The notes under the pieces are model-generated. The model saw nothing but the letters and a program-made list of their open reading frames with translations, was not told the DNA's origin and searched no databases. The translations under genes were made by a program, and so were the position numbers. DNA of 64,000 bases from Candidatus Cloacimonadales bacterium (GTDB taxonomy: Bacteria > Cloacimonadota > Cloacimonadia > Cloacimonadales > JAIOQZ01): NCBI GenBank assembly GCA_963665815.1, contig OY762463.1, positions 2,944,001-3,008,000 on the forward strand, written 5' to 3'. How positions within the stretch are numbered: position 1 is the first letter of the stretch; each line of letters starts with the position of its first letter. Shown here piece after piece: positions 10,858 to 19,370 of the stretch.

Positions 10858-11460
10858 TGGAACACCTTCGCAATGGTACATAGACCTGTAGATGTTTTCG
10901 AAGAAATACATCCAGAATTGACGTAGATGTTTATGAAAGAACACATCCGGTGAAGTTCGCGAATGGTGGTCATAATATACTCTGAGAGCTATTTTGGAGT
11001 GCATTGACTGTTTCAATGCGAAATTATAAAAACCAAAACTATAAGGATTTAATTAACTTCAGGACTATGTAGAGACGTTGCATGCAACGTCGTTCTACAA
11101 ATCGAATAAATTCGATTTGACTCGATATTCCAAACGAGTGCATAGCAGAGACACAACATGAGGTTAATCATACGGAACAATGATTATTGTTCCCTACATA
11201 GCCGATGCATGCATCGGCTCTACAACAGTTGGATTGTTTCAGAGGAACACCTTCCAAATGGTACCTAGACTCGTAGATGTTTTCGAAGAAATACATCCAG
11301 TGAAGTTGGTAACGGTGTGACTTTTGATGGAAATGAAATGAGTGCTCCCTGAGTCCCGATTAAGCGGGGAATGGATTAGTTTTAAAATGAATGAAGCGAC
11401 AAAAATTACATGAAATTTTTGGGATTATGAAGACAACCGTCCGGTTGTCTCTACGCGGAA
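10858..11460. repeat. Mosaic cluster of REP-like palindromes
   Basis: GTAGAGACGTTGCATGCAACGTC (11069), AGCCGATGCATGCATCGGCTCTAC (11200), AGACAACCGTCCGGTTGTCTCTAC (11431), three variants of GTAGATGTTTTCGAAGAAATACATCCAG (10888, 10923, 11273). The same modules recur at 50175-50505. Confidence 0.75.
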
Positions 11461-11493
11461 CGAGGACTTTCTCTTTTCTGCAAAATTAAAAAA

Positions 11494-11524
11494 CAGTATT
11501 GAACAAATTTTTGAATTGACAGGA
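11494..11524 (+). promoter_or_regulatory. Shared promoter module, copy 1
   Basis: CAGTATTGAACAAATTTTTGAATTGACAGGA contains TTGACA. Near-identical copies at 12660-12690 and 13984-14014. Confidence 0.65.
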
Positions 11525-11592
11525 AATAACTTGAACATAAGTATGATGTATAATTATAGTTTTGCTTTTGGATTATTATCGGGAGACAGACC

Positions 11593-12600
11593 ATGAAAAA
11601 GATAATTGTATTATTTCTGAGTTCTCTTTTCTTGTTTTCTTGCACTATCAAATCTTTTGTTAAAGATGTCAATACAGAAATGATTGAAGAAGGTAATAAA
11701 ATAAAAGGGAAATTTGTTTATACTGTCAAACCTATGAGAACTCTTATTGGTTTGAAAAGTCCCAAAAATCCCATAACAAGAATAACTTTAGATGCAAAAC
11801 TTATTAGCAACATAGATTATCCTGTAAAAAGTAATTTCGACAACGTGAAACAATATTTCATTGGATCGAATGGAATTGAGCAAATTGAGTACTTCTGTGG
11901 TCCAATTTCTTTAGAAAAGAACATAGTAAATTTTGAAAGCGAATTACCTGATACTTACTGTTTCCCAGAAAGTATAAGTGTTTACTTAGATATAGAAAAA
12001 ATGAGTGATCTTGTTGGTAAAGCAACTGTAGACAGTCTAATTGGAAAGCACTCAAATAATTATTGTTTATACTTTAACATTGAATCTGAAAACTCTATTA
12101 TTGCTTCAGAATATAATCGTAATATGAGGTTGCTAAGAAAAAGAAAGAATACTATCAATGTTGTTAATTATAAATTTGTTTTAGTAGATTTTATTTCATT
12201 ATTTATCAAGAGAATTCACATAAACGTAAAAGATGCATATACGCATGAGAATATTCAGAATTATAGAACTAGTTATAGCTTTGACTTAGATGATAGATTC
12301 CTAAGTCATTTTATCATTAAAAACTTCACAAATAATGCTTTTAATAATGACAATTTACTACTAGGATATGAACCATATCTTTCAAAATACAAAAAAATGG
12401 ACATAGCTTATTACAATTTTGCTATTAATGATATAAAACTTTTTCTGAAAATCACACATCCTGAGTATCATTATTTCGAGAAAACAATTTCTCTCAAAGA
12501 TGGTCAAAATACAATTGATATATACATGCACAATATTAAGAATACTATAAATATTGATGATTCAAAAGGAAATAGAAACGAGCAATTCAAAGTACATTAG
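11593..12600 (+). CDS. Hypothetical lipoprotein, paralog of 14083-15246
   Basis: Lipobox-like LFLFSC, GGGAGA RBS, C-terminal 51 aa identical to the 14083-15246 product. Confidence 0.7.
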   Translation: MKKIIVLFLSSLFLFSCTIKSFVKDVNTEMIEEGNKIKGKFVYTVKPMRTLIGLKSPKNPITRITLDAKLISNIDYPVKSNFDNVKQYFIGSNGIEQIEYFCGPISLEKNIVNFESELPDTYCFPESISVYLDIEKMSDLVGKATVDSLIGKHSNNYCLYFNIESENSIIASEYNRNMRLLRKRKNTINVVNYKFVLVDFISLFIKRIHINVKDAYTHENIQNYRTSYSFDLDDRFLSHFIIKNFTNNAFNNDNLLLGYEPYLSKYKKMDIAYYNFAINDIKLFLKITHPEYHYFEKTISLKDGQNTIDIYMHNIKNTINIDDSKGNRNEQFKVH

Positions 12601-12659
12601 CAATACTGGATAATTTCATCTTCCTTATGTCGGGAAAGGGCAGATATACTCCCCAAAAA

Positions 12660-12690
12660 CAGTATTGAACAGATTATTGAATTGACAGGA
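12660..12690 (+). promoter_or_regulatory. Shared promoter module, copy 2
   Basis: CAGTATTGAACAGATTATTGAATTGACAGGA upstream of the RDD gene. Confidence 0.65.
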
Positions 12691-12758
12691 TAAAGTCATC
12701 ATCATTTTGTAATTCGTGTCTATTGTAAAATCGTATAGTTTTATAACTTGGGAGAATT

Positions 12759-13508
12759 ATGTTATTACTAAAAAGAATACTTGCAAAGTTAATTGATTTC
12801 TTCTTTTATTTAATCTTGATATTCATTGGAATGATGTTATTTGACGCTTATCTCCCATTAGACGGAGATAATTTCAGTTGGAAGCTAATAGTCATTCTTA
12901 CTTTAGTAATGAATTTCATACTCAATTTATTGAATCTTGGATTTCCATCTCAAACTATTGGTAAAATGGTTATGGGATTAAAACTGACAGAAAAAGATAA
13001 ATCAAAGCCCAAATATACTCGAAGAATAAAACATGCAATAGAAAGCTTTAAGAAATTCTCGAATTTTTGCACACAATTGGGTCCTTTAACCGGAGAGATA
13101 GAACTCAATCCAACATACTATAAAACAAAAGAAGTATTAATTCATACTCAGGAAAAGATCACTGTTAAACCAGTGATAGCAATTGTATTGCTTATTTCAA
13201 CAATATTTTTCATAAGTAACGGTCAAAAAATCCTTGTGCCTGTAATAATACACCAGATGGGTGTTGTTGATCAAGTAATGAGTTATGATAACTTAAAGAT
13301 TCTAAATGTATCATCTGTAGATATGGTGAATGATAATTGTACAATGGATGTGTTACTATATGACAATACAGCTCAACGGCTTCATTTGATGAAGGATAAT
13401 CATATCTGGAGGATAACAAAAAAAGATTCTTTGGATGTTGATTCGCTGAAAGTTTTTGTAAAATATGAGAAATCAGATGGTAGTGGTTATACGTCAATAT
13501 ATTACTAA
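12759..13508 (+). CDS. RDD family membrane protein with C-terminal soluble extension
   Basis: KRILAKLIDFF and QTIGKMVMGLKL are RDD signatures. Three hydrophobic segments. Confidence 0.7.
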   Translation: MLLLKRILAKLIDFFFYLILIFIGMMLFDAYLPLDGDNFSWKLIVILTLVMNFILNLLNLGFPSQTIGKMVMGLKLTEKDKSKPKYTRRIKHAIESFKKFSNFCTQLGPLTGEIELNPTYYKTKEVLIHTQEKITVKPVIAIVLLISTIFFISNGQKILVPVIIHQMGVVDQVMSYDNLKILNVSSVDMVNDNCTMDVLLYDNTAQRLHLMKDNHIWRITKKDSLDVDSLKVFVKYEKSDGSGYTSIYY

Positions 13509-13710
13509 ATGAATATTACTCGACCTAATTTATCTTTTTTTTAAATCGTAAGCTGTGACTTTTGATGGAAAATGAAATGAGCTCTACCTGACTGATTGTG
13601 CAAAAATGCAAGTAATCTTATAGTTAATACTTAATTATATCGCAGATTTTCCCGATTATTCGGGATTCAATCAGCTTAACTTATTGACATATTTAACCTT
13701 GCAAGCTCCA

Positions 13711-13894
13711 TGACAGACTGTGTAAAAACGTAATTTTTGTCGTTACTTTTGTACACGGCATAATCCCTTCGACTCCGCTCAGGAAACTTTCAACTATATC
13801 TTTTTCAGTATGTTAAGCTGATTGAGCGGAGTCGAAATCGCGACATAAATTACTTCAAATTTCAATAAAATCTTGCGTTTCACACAGTCTGTCA
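13711..13894. mobile_element. MITE family B, complete copy
   Basis: Perfect 13-bp terminal inverted repeat TGACAGACTGTGT / ACACAGTCTGTCA, with internal TTCGACTCCGCTCA / TGAGCGGAGTCGAA arms. An inverted homologous copy lies at ~15297-15487. Confidence 0.7.
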
Positions 13895-13983
13895 AAAAGC
13901 TTTACCTATTGATAAACTTTAAAATGCTCGCTCCCTGAGTCCCGATGAAGTCGGGAAAGGGTAGATATTCTGCAAAATAAATA

Positions 13984-14014
13984 CAGTATTGAACAAATTA
14001 TTGAATTGACAGGA
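13984..14014 (+). promoter_or_regulatory. Shared promoter module, copy 3
   Basis: CAGTATTGAACAAATTATTGAATTGACAGGA upstream of the second lipoprotein gene. Confidence 0.65.
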
Positions 14015-14082
14015 TTAATTTGTTAATTCAGTCATGATGTAACATTGTAATCTTAGCTTTGCATAATATTGGGAGATTTAAT

Positions 14083-15246
14083 ATGAAACAGATTGTTGCT
14101 TTACTTCTATGCATTCTATTTATTATTTCATGTACTACATCTTGGGTTATTGAGGATGTGGACATTTACAAAGTAAACTCATCAGATCCAGCAATTATTC
14201 GGGCAGATATTGATAAAGAAGATGATATCTCCAAAGTAGCTAGATTAAAGGGGGAAATAGATTTTAATTTTAAGAAGAAAAGATCTTTTTTTCATAAGGA
14301 GCAAACAAGCCTGTTTTCTATTGAATTCACCCCTAAGCTATTGACAAATCTAAATTATCCTTCTGATTACAATGAACTTGTTAACAAAACTAATTTTACA
14401 TTAAGAAACGTTGATAGTTCAAAACTTGTAAAAGCAGATTCTATTGTTGTAAATAAAAATACAAATCAATTTTCTCTTTTATGTATGTTACCTGATGATT
14501 ATTGTTTTTCTGAAGACATTTTAGACTATCTAAACATTAAGTTAATGAAAATACTATGTGATAGCACCTTAGTTGATAGTCTTCTAAGCAAACATACCTC
14601 TGAATTTGATGTAGAAGTAATTTTCAAGAAGTGTGGATATCGAGATGTAAATCCTTATTCTCCATATTTTTACAAAAAGAATAATTTGGGAAATTCACAT
14701 GATCCCTATGATAAAATTGCAAACACTAGCAAAAATTATTACTCCCAGAAACAATCCAACTTGAATATGGGACTGTACAGGAAAGATACTCTTTCTGTAA
14801 AATTAGTTAATTACCACTTTATGCTCATAGATTTCATCAATGAATTTACGAACAAAATTAATATAAATGTTTGGGATGCATATACGCATATTCCTATAAA
14901 TAATTGTAATTTTGACTTCAATTTCAATTATGATTTTTCCAAACTGAACAAACAAGTATTGAAACTGTTTACAAAAGAGAAATATCCCAGAGACTTCTTT
15001 ATTTGGGGAATAAGAAGGATAAGAAACTCTTATTTTTATATTCCCAAGGACTGCTATTATAGAGTTAGTAATGACGATGTTCTTCTGGATCTGAAAATCA
15101 CACATCCTGAGTATCATTATTTCGAGAAAACAATTTCTCTCAAAGATGGTCAAAATACAATTGATATATACATGCACAATATTAAGAATACTATAAATAT
15201 TGATGATTCAAAAGGAAATAGAAACGAGCAATTCAAAGTACATTAA
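14083..15246 (+). CDS. Hypothetical lipoprotein, paralog of 11593-12600
   Basis: GGGAGA RBS before the ATG at 14083, lipobox-like LFIISC. Shares LPDxYCF, VDSLxxKH, VNYxFxLxDFI and DAYTH motifs and an identical C-terminus with the paralog. Confidence 0.7.
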   Translation: MKQIVALLLCILFIISCTTSWVIEDVDIYKVNSSDPAIIRADIDKEDDISKVARLKGEIDFNFKKKRSFFHKEQTSLFSIEFTPKLLTNLNYPSDYNELVNKTNFTLRNVDSSKLVKADSIVVNKNTNQFSLLCMLPDDYCFSEDILDYLNIKLMKILCDSTLVDSLLSKHTSEFDVEVIFKKCGYRDVNPYSPYFYKKNNLGNSHDPYDKIANTSKNYYSQKQSNLNMGLYRKDTLSVKLVNYHFMLIDFINEFTNKININVWDAYTHIPINNCNFDFNFNYDFSKLNKQVLKLFTKEKYPRDFFIWGIRRIRNSYFYIPKDCYYRVSNDDVLLDLKITHPEYHYFEKTISLKDGQNTIDIYMHNIKNTINIDDSKGNRNEQFKVH

Positions 15247-15250
15247 TACA

Positions 15251-15284
15251 AAATCCCCCTAGCTCTCACAAGCCAGGGGGATTT
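15251..15284. terminator. Hairpin terminator after the lipoprotein gene, possibly bidirectional
   Basis: AAATCCCCCTAGCT..AGCCAGGGGGATTT stem between convergent transcription units. Confidence 0.65.
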
Positions 15285-15296
15285 AAATATTATATC

Positions 15297-15487
15297 ATAG
15301 ACTGTGTATAAACGCAAAATAATTAAAATTATTGGTGCTTCATTGTCGCGATTTCGACTCCGCTCAATCAGCTTACCTTATTGCTATCACTTATCTTAAA
15401 AGTTACCTGAGGCCCGATTAAATCGGGAAAGGGTAATATGCTTTTAACAACAGAAACGGCAATAAAAACGTTTTTACACATATCTCA
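15297..15487. mobile_element. MITE family B, degenerate inverted copy
   Basis: AGACTGTGTATAAACGCAA...TGTCGCGATTTCGACTCCGCTCAATCAGCTTA...CGTTTTTACACA matches the reverse complement of 13711-13894. Confidence 0.65.
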
Positions 15488-15493
15488 GTATAT

Positions 15494-17272
15494 CTACTGA
15501 TTCTTAATCCAGTTAACAAGTCCTTTTTTCTCAAGGATTTCCATTAATTTATCTGGCAGCGGAGCAAAAGTAAATTCTTTGTCTGCTACCGTAATCTTAC
15601 CATTCATGAAATCAACGTTTACATTGTCTCCCGGTTTGTATGCGTCTACAATCTCAGGATAAACTATAATAGGCAACCCCTGGTTGATTGATGAACGGTA
15701 GAAGATTCTGTTTACGGATTTACATATCACGGCTTTAACACCTGCATGAGCAAGTCCTACAGCAGGGTGCTCTCTCGAGCTTCCGCAACCGAAGTTGTCG
15801 CCTGTAACAATTACATCATCTTTCTGTACGTTATCTGTGAAGTTCACGTCAAAACCCTTGAACAGGTGCGGCATGATTGCTTCAGGATCAGAGCTCAGTA
15901 CGGTGTATGTCAGGTTTCCGGCAAACATCTGGTCTGTGTTCATGTTATCAATATCAGTGTAGTTCCATACGTTTCCGAGTCTTCTGTTATCATCTTCATT
16001 TACTTCGATTGTAGCAGCTTTCTCTTTTTTGTATGGGAATGCATCCTTAGTAGGGTTAGCACGTGGATCGGTAATCTCTCCCTTAAGAGCACTATGTGCT
16101 ACGCAGGCAGGAGAAGCGAGGTAGATTTGAGCTTCTTTATTACCCATTCTGCCAAAGAAGTTTCTGTTGGCAGTAGAGATAACTGTAACACCGTCTGCAG
16201 GGATTCCCTGTCCTGTTCCGAGGCATGGACCGCAGGATGAACCAAGGATACAAGCTCCGGCTTTAATGAAAGTCTGGATTATTCCTTCTTCCATAGCCTG
16301 AAGATAGATCTCCTGAGATGCAGGTGCAACGAGAAGCTGGAAGTCTTTGGCAATTTTTTTGCCTTCCAGAACTTTGGCAGCCTGTCTGAGATCGTCAAGA
16401 CGACCGTTTGTACAGGTTCCGATCAGTCCCTGCTGTACAGGTGTTCCTGCTACTTCAGCAACAGCTTTCACATTGTCTACCTGATGAGGTGCAGCCACAA
16501 GCGGATACAGCTCACTGAGGTTGATTTCTATTTCTTTGATGTATTCTGCATCAGGATCAGCCCAGACACCGTTCTCAATCTTATGACCGAGGAACTCTTC
16601 CAGAACTTCATCCGGTGGGAATACTGCGTTTTTAGCTCCCATTTCGGAAGCCAGGTTCGCCAGTGTCATTCTTTCTGATTGAGAAAGAGTTTTAACACCT
16701 TCACCATGATATTCTATTGAAAGATAGTTTGCACCTGCAGAACCAATCATTCCGATGATCCACAGGGATATATCTTTTGCGTATACGCCTTCGTTAAGCT
16801 TACCTGTAAGAGTTACCTTCATTGAGTCAGGCACTCTGAACCAGGTCTCACCGCGCTTCCAGATACCGGCGGATTCTGTTCTGTCGATTCCTGCAGCAAG
16901 AGCGTTGAATGATCCTGCTGTACAGGTGTGACTGTCAGATCCAACTACAATCATACCCGGTCTTGCATGGTAAGACATAATCTGGTGACAGATACCTTTT
17001 CCGGCATCGTAGAAGTTTTTAACTCCCTGATAGTTTACAATATCTCTGATAGTCTGATATTGTGTTGCCAGTTTAGCAGATGTAGGAGGAGCATTATGAT
17101 CAAGTACGATCAAAAGCTGATCAGGATCAGCAACTTTATCTCCACCCATTTTTTTGAATGTATTATGAATACTCGCTGTATTATCGTGAGTAAGTACAAT
17201 ATTCGGTTTTCTGAAAACAATTGCACCTTTCTCAGCACCGAGTACTTTTTCAACAAAAGTTTTTCCAGCCAT
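15494..17272 (-). CDS. Aconitase-family (homoaconitase/LeuC-LeuD-like) dehydratase, fused large and small subunits, canonical motifs
   Basis: LTHDNT, VLDHNAP, GICHQ, GSDSHTCT, IGTCTNGR, SSCGPCLG, STANRNF, then swivel domain NTDQM and NFGCGSSREHP. Confidence 0.9.
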   Translation of the reverse strand: MAGKTFVEKVLGAEKGAIVFRKPNIVLTHDNTASIHNTFKKMGGDKVADPDQLLIVLDHNAPPTSAKLATQYQTIRDIVNYQGVKNFYDAGKGICHQIMSYHARPGMIVVGSDSHTCTAGSFNALAAGIDRTESAGIWKRGETWFRVPDSMKVTLTGKLNEGVYAKDISLWIIGMIGSAGANYLSIEYHGEGVKTLSQSERMTLANLASEMGAKNAVFPPDEVLEEFLGHKIENGVWADPDAEYIKEIEINLSELYPLVAAPHQVDNVKAVAEVAGTPVQQGLIGTCTNGRLDDLRQAAKVLEGKKIAKDFQLLVAPASQEIYLQAMEEGIIQTFIKAGACILGSSCGPCLGTGQGIPADGVTVISTANRNFFGRMGNKEAQIYLASPACVAHSALKGEITDPRANPTKDAFPYKKEKAATIEVNEDDNRRLGNVWNYTDIDNMNTDQMFAGNLTYTVLSSDPEAIMPHLFKGFDVNFTDNVQKDDVIVTGDNFGCGSSREHPAVGLAHAGVKAVICKSVNRIFYRSSINQGLPIIVYPEIVDAYKPGDNVNVDFMNGKITVADKEFTFAPLPDKLMEILEKKGLVNWIKNQ

Positions 17273-17299
17273 GTTTTCTCCTTATAAAACCATTTCATT

Positions 17300-17545
17300 T
17301 GTGCTATCCTTCGACAAGCTCAGGATGACAAACTCAATCTTGTTCGGTCTGTAGAGCCGTAGCATGCTACGGCTATTATTACCCACACCATTCGCAAGGT
17401 TTTCAACCATTGCGAAGGGGTAAGTCATAGTTTGAGCGACCTTGCGAATGGTCTTAAGACCTTCGCAATGGTCAATCACTCAAAACTGTTTCATGTTTAC
17501 AATTCCACCATTCGCAAGGTTTTCAACCATTGCGAAGGTGCAGCA
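17300..17545. repeat. REP-like palindrome cluster inside the operon
   Basis: CCTTCGACAAGCTCAGGATGAC, GTAGAGCCGTAGCATGCTACGGCT (17351), two copies of CACCATTCGCAAGGTTTTCAACCATTGCGAAGG (~17387 and ~17506) and an inverted variant (~17440). Confidence 0.7.
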
Positions 17546-17554
17546 ATTAATTAT

Positions 17555-19360
17555 CTAACTGAATATACCACCACGGTGATAGATTTCCATCTGAACGTCT
17601 GAGAATTTATTTCCCTGAACTGTTTTACCCTTGGTTTTATTGGCTAATTCACCTGTTTCAAGGTTAACACTGATAATGTTACCGTCTTCAAGTTCCAGAG
17701 CATCAATAGAATCATAAGTAAGGATAGGGAATGCTGCATTGATTGCGTTTCTTTCGTAGATTGCACCGAAGGATTCAGCAACAACAGCCTGAACACCGAG
17801 AGCTTTGAAGCAATCCACAGCCTGTTGTCTGGAGCTACCGCTTCCGAAGTTCTTATGAACAACAACAATATCGCCTTTCTCCGCTCTTTTTGCGAAATCT
17901 TCGTATCCAGCCAGATTATCGAATGTATATTGTCCCATCTCGTTGATATCTGTGATAGCAAGGTATCTGTTGTGGTAAATCATGTCGGTATCAATATTAT
18001 CTTCTTTGATGTACCATACTTTTCCTTCCAGAACGAGTGGTTTTTCGGTAACTTCAGCTTTAGCTTTTGCAGCATGAGCTTCTTCTTTTACTTCTTTAGA
18101 AGTAAATACAGCAGGTTCAGCAGGAATTGCATCTGTTGTGGTTACATAACCGGCAACTGCAGAAGCTGCCACTGTAGCAGGAGATGCAAGATAAACGCTT
18201 CCTTTACCTTGTTTACCGGGGAAGTTTCTGTTACCGGTACTGATGGTGATTTCACCTTTACCATTCTGTCCAACCTGTCCTGCAGCACAACCGGCACAAC
18301 CGGCGTTAGAAACAAGAGCACCTGCTTTTTTGAATATCTCGATCAGTCCGTTTTCAAGACATTGATTCCATACTTCATCTGTAGATGGAACTATCTTGAG
18401 AACAACGCCCGGAGCTATTTTTCTGCCTTTAAGGATATCGGCAGCAGCTTTCATATCTTCATAACGTCCGTTTGTACATGATCCGATGAAAGCAGAGTCG
18501 ATTTTGATCTTGTCTTCAACAGGTACGGGAACAGAATCATGAGGAGCACCAGGTCTGGAAACCATAGGCTTAAATTCTGTAATATCAATAGTGAATTCTT
18601 CAGCGTACTCGGCATTTTCGTCAGCATAAACAGGCTCGATTTTCTTACCTGAACGTGCTTCACAGAAATCAATAACATCTTTATTTGGCGGGAACATTAC
18701 AATAATAGCACCCATTTCAGTACCCATGGAAGCAATGGTTATTCTTTCATCAAGAGTAAGCCCGTCGATTGCTTCACCGTACATTTCTACGGAGTAACCG
18801 AGAAGTGTATTAGCACCGAATTTATTCAGAAGGTTAAGCACGATATCCTTAGCGGAGATATTAGCAGCTTTTTTGCCTTCGAATGTGATTTTTGCTGATT
18901 TTGGAACTTTGAACCAGGTTTTACCGAAAGCCCAGGCAGCAGCAATGTCCTGATCTCCCATTCCCTGTCCGAATGCACCGACAGCACCGAGAATGTTAGC
19001 ATGAGAGTCAGTTGTTACAGTTGTTGATCCCGGAACAGCGAGACCTTCGTGGATTACTATATGAGTTCCGATTCCAACGTCGATATCAAATACCTTAATA
19101 GCATGATCTCTTGCGAAATCACGGCATATTTGCTGGTTTACAGCGTACTTCTGATCTGATCCGGTAGGATTACAGTCAAAAGTAAAGAAAGTCTTGGAAA
19201 CATCGTCTATCGGAAGGTTATTATCTTTGATGTTTTTTACAACATTAGCTCCGCCAAAGTCTCTGGCAGCTCTTACATCCATTCTTACATCAACGATATC
19301 ACCCGGTTTTACAACATCCTGATCTGAGTGATTAGCTAAAATTTTTTCAATAATTGTCAT
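17555..19360 (-). CDS. Second aconitase-family fused large+small protein with atypical active-site motifs
   Basis: Fe-S ligands intact (FIGSCTNGR, AGCAGC), but ARDFGG, TFDCNP, GIGTH, TDSHAN and GSSRQQA replace the canonical HD, DH, GICHQ, DSHT and GSSREH motifs. Confidence 0.85.
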   Translation of the reverse strand: MTIIEKILANHSDQDVVKPGDIVDVRMDVRAARDFGGANVVKNIKDNNLPIDDVSKTFFTFDCNPTGSDQKYAVNQQICRDFARDHAIKVFDIDVGIGTHIVIHEGLAVPGSTTVTTDSHANILGAVGAFGQGMGDQDIAAAWAFGKTWFKVPKSAKITFEGKKAANISAKDIVLNLLNKFGANTLLGYSVEMYGEAIDGLTLDERITIASMGTEMGAIIVMFPPNKDVIDFCEARSGKKIEPVYADENAEYAEEFTIDITEFKPMVSRPGAPHDSVPVPVEDKIKIDSAFIGSCTNGRYEDMKAAADILKGRKIAPGVVLKIVPSTDEVWNQCLENGLIEIFKKAGALVSNAGCAGCAAGQVGQNGKGEITISTGNRNFPGKQGKGSVYLASPATVAASAVAGYVTTTDAIPAEPAVFTSKEVKEEAHAAKAKAEVTEKPLVLEGKVWYIKEDNIDTDMIYHNRYLAITDINEMGQYTFDNLAGYEDFAKRAEKGDIVVVHKNFGSGSSRQQAVDCFKALGVQAVVAESFGAIYERNAINAAFPILTYDSIDALELEDGNIISVNLETGELANKTKGKTVQGNKFSDVQMEIYHRGGIFS

Positions 19361-19370
19361 ACACAGCCCC

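Noticed and set aside
10858-11460. CRISPR array or integron attC sites
   Set aside because: Repeats are heterogeneous and irregularly spaced. I see no consistent RYYYAAC/GTTRRRY boundaries and no integrase.
12444-15245. Diversity-generating retroelement template/variable repeat pair
   Set aside because: The two 156-bp copies are identical with no adenine-specific differences, both lie inside genes, and no reverse transcriptase is in the window.
17282-17479. Small CDS between the aconitase genes, and similar ORFs at 10741-11016 and 57737-58093
   Set aside because: They are translations of palindromic repeats or antisense to real genes, with no RBS or family motif.
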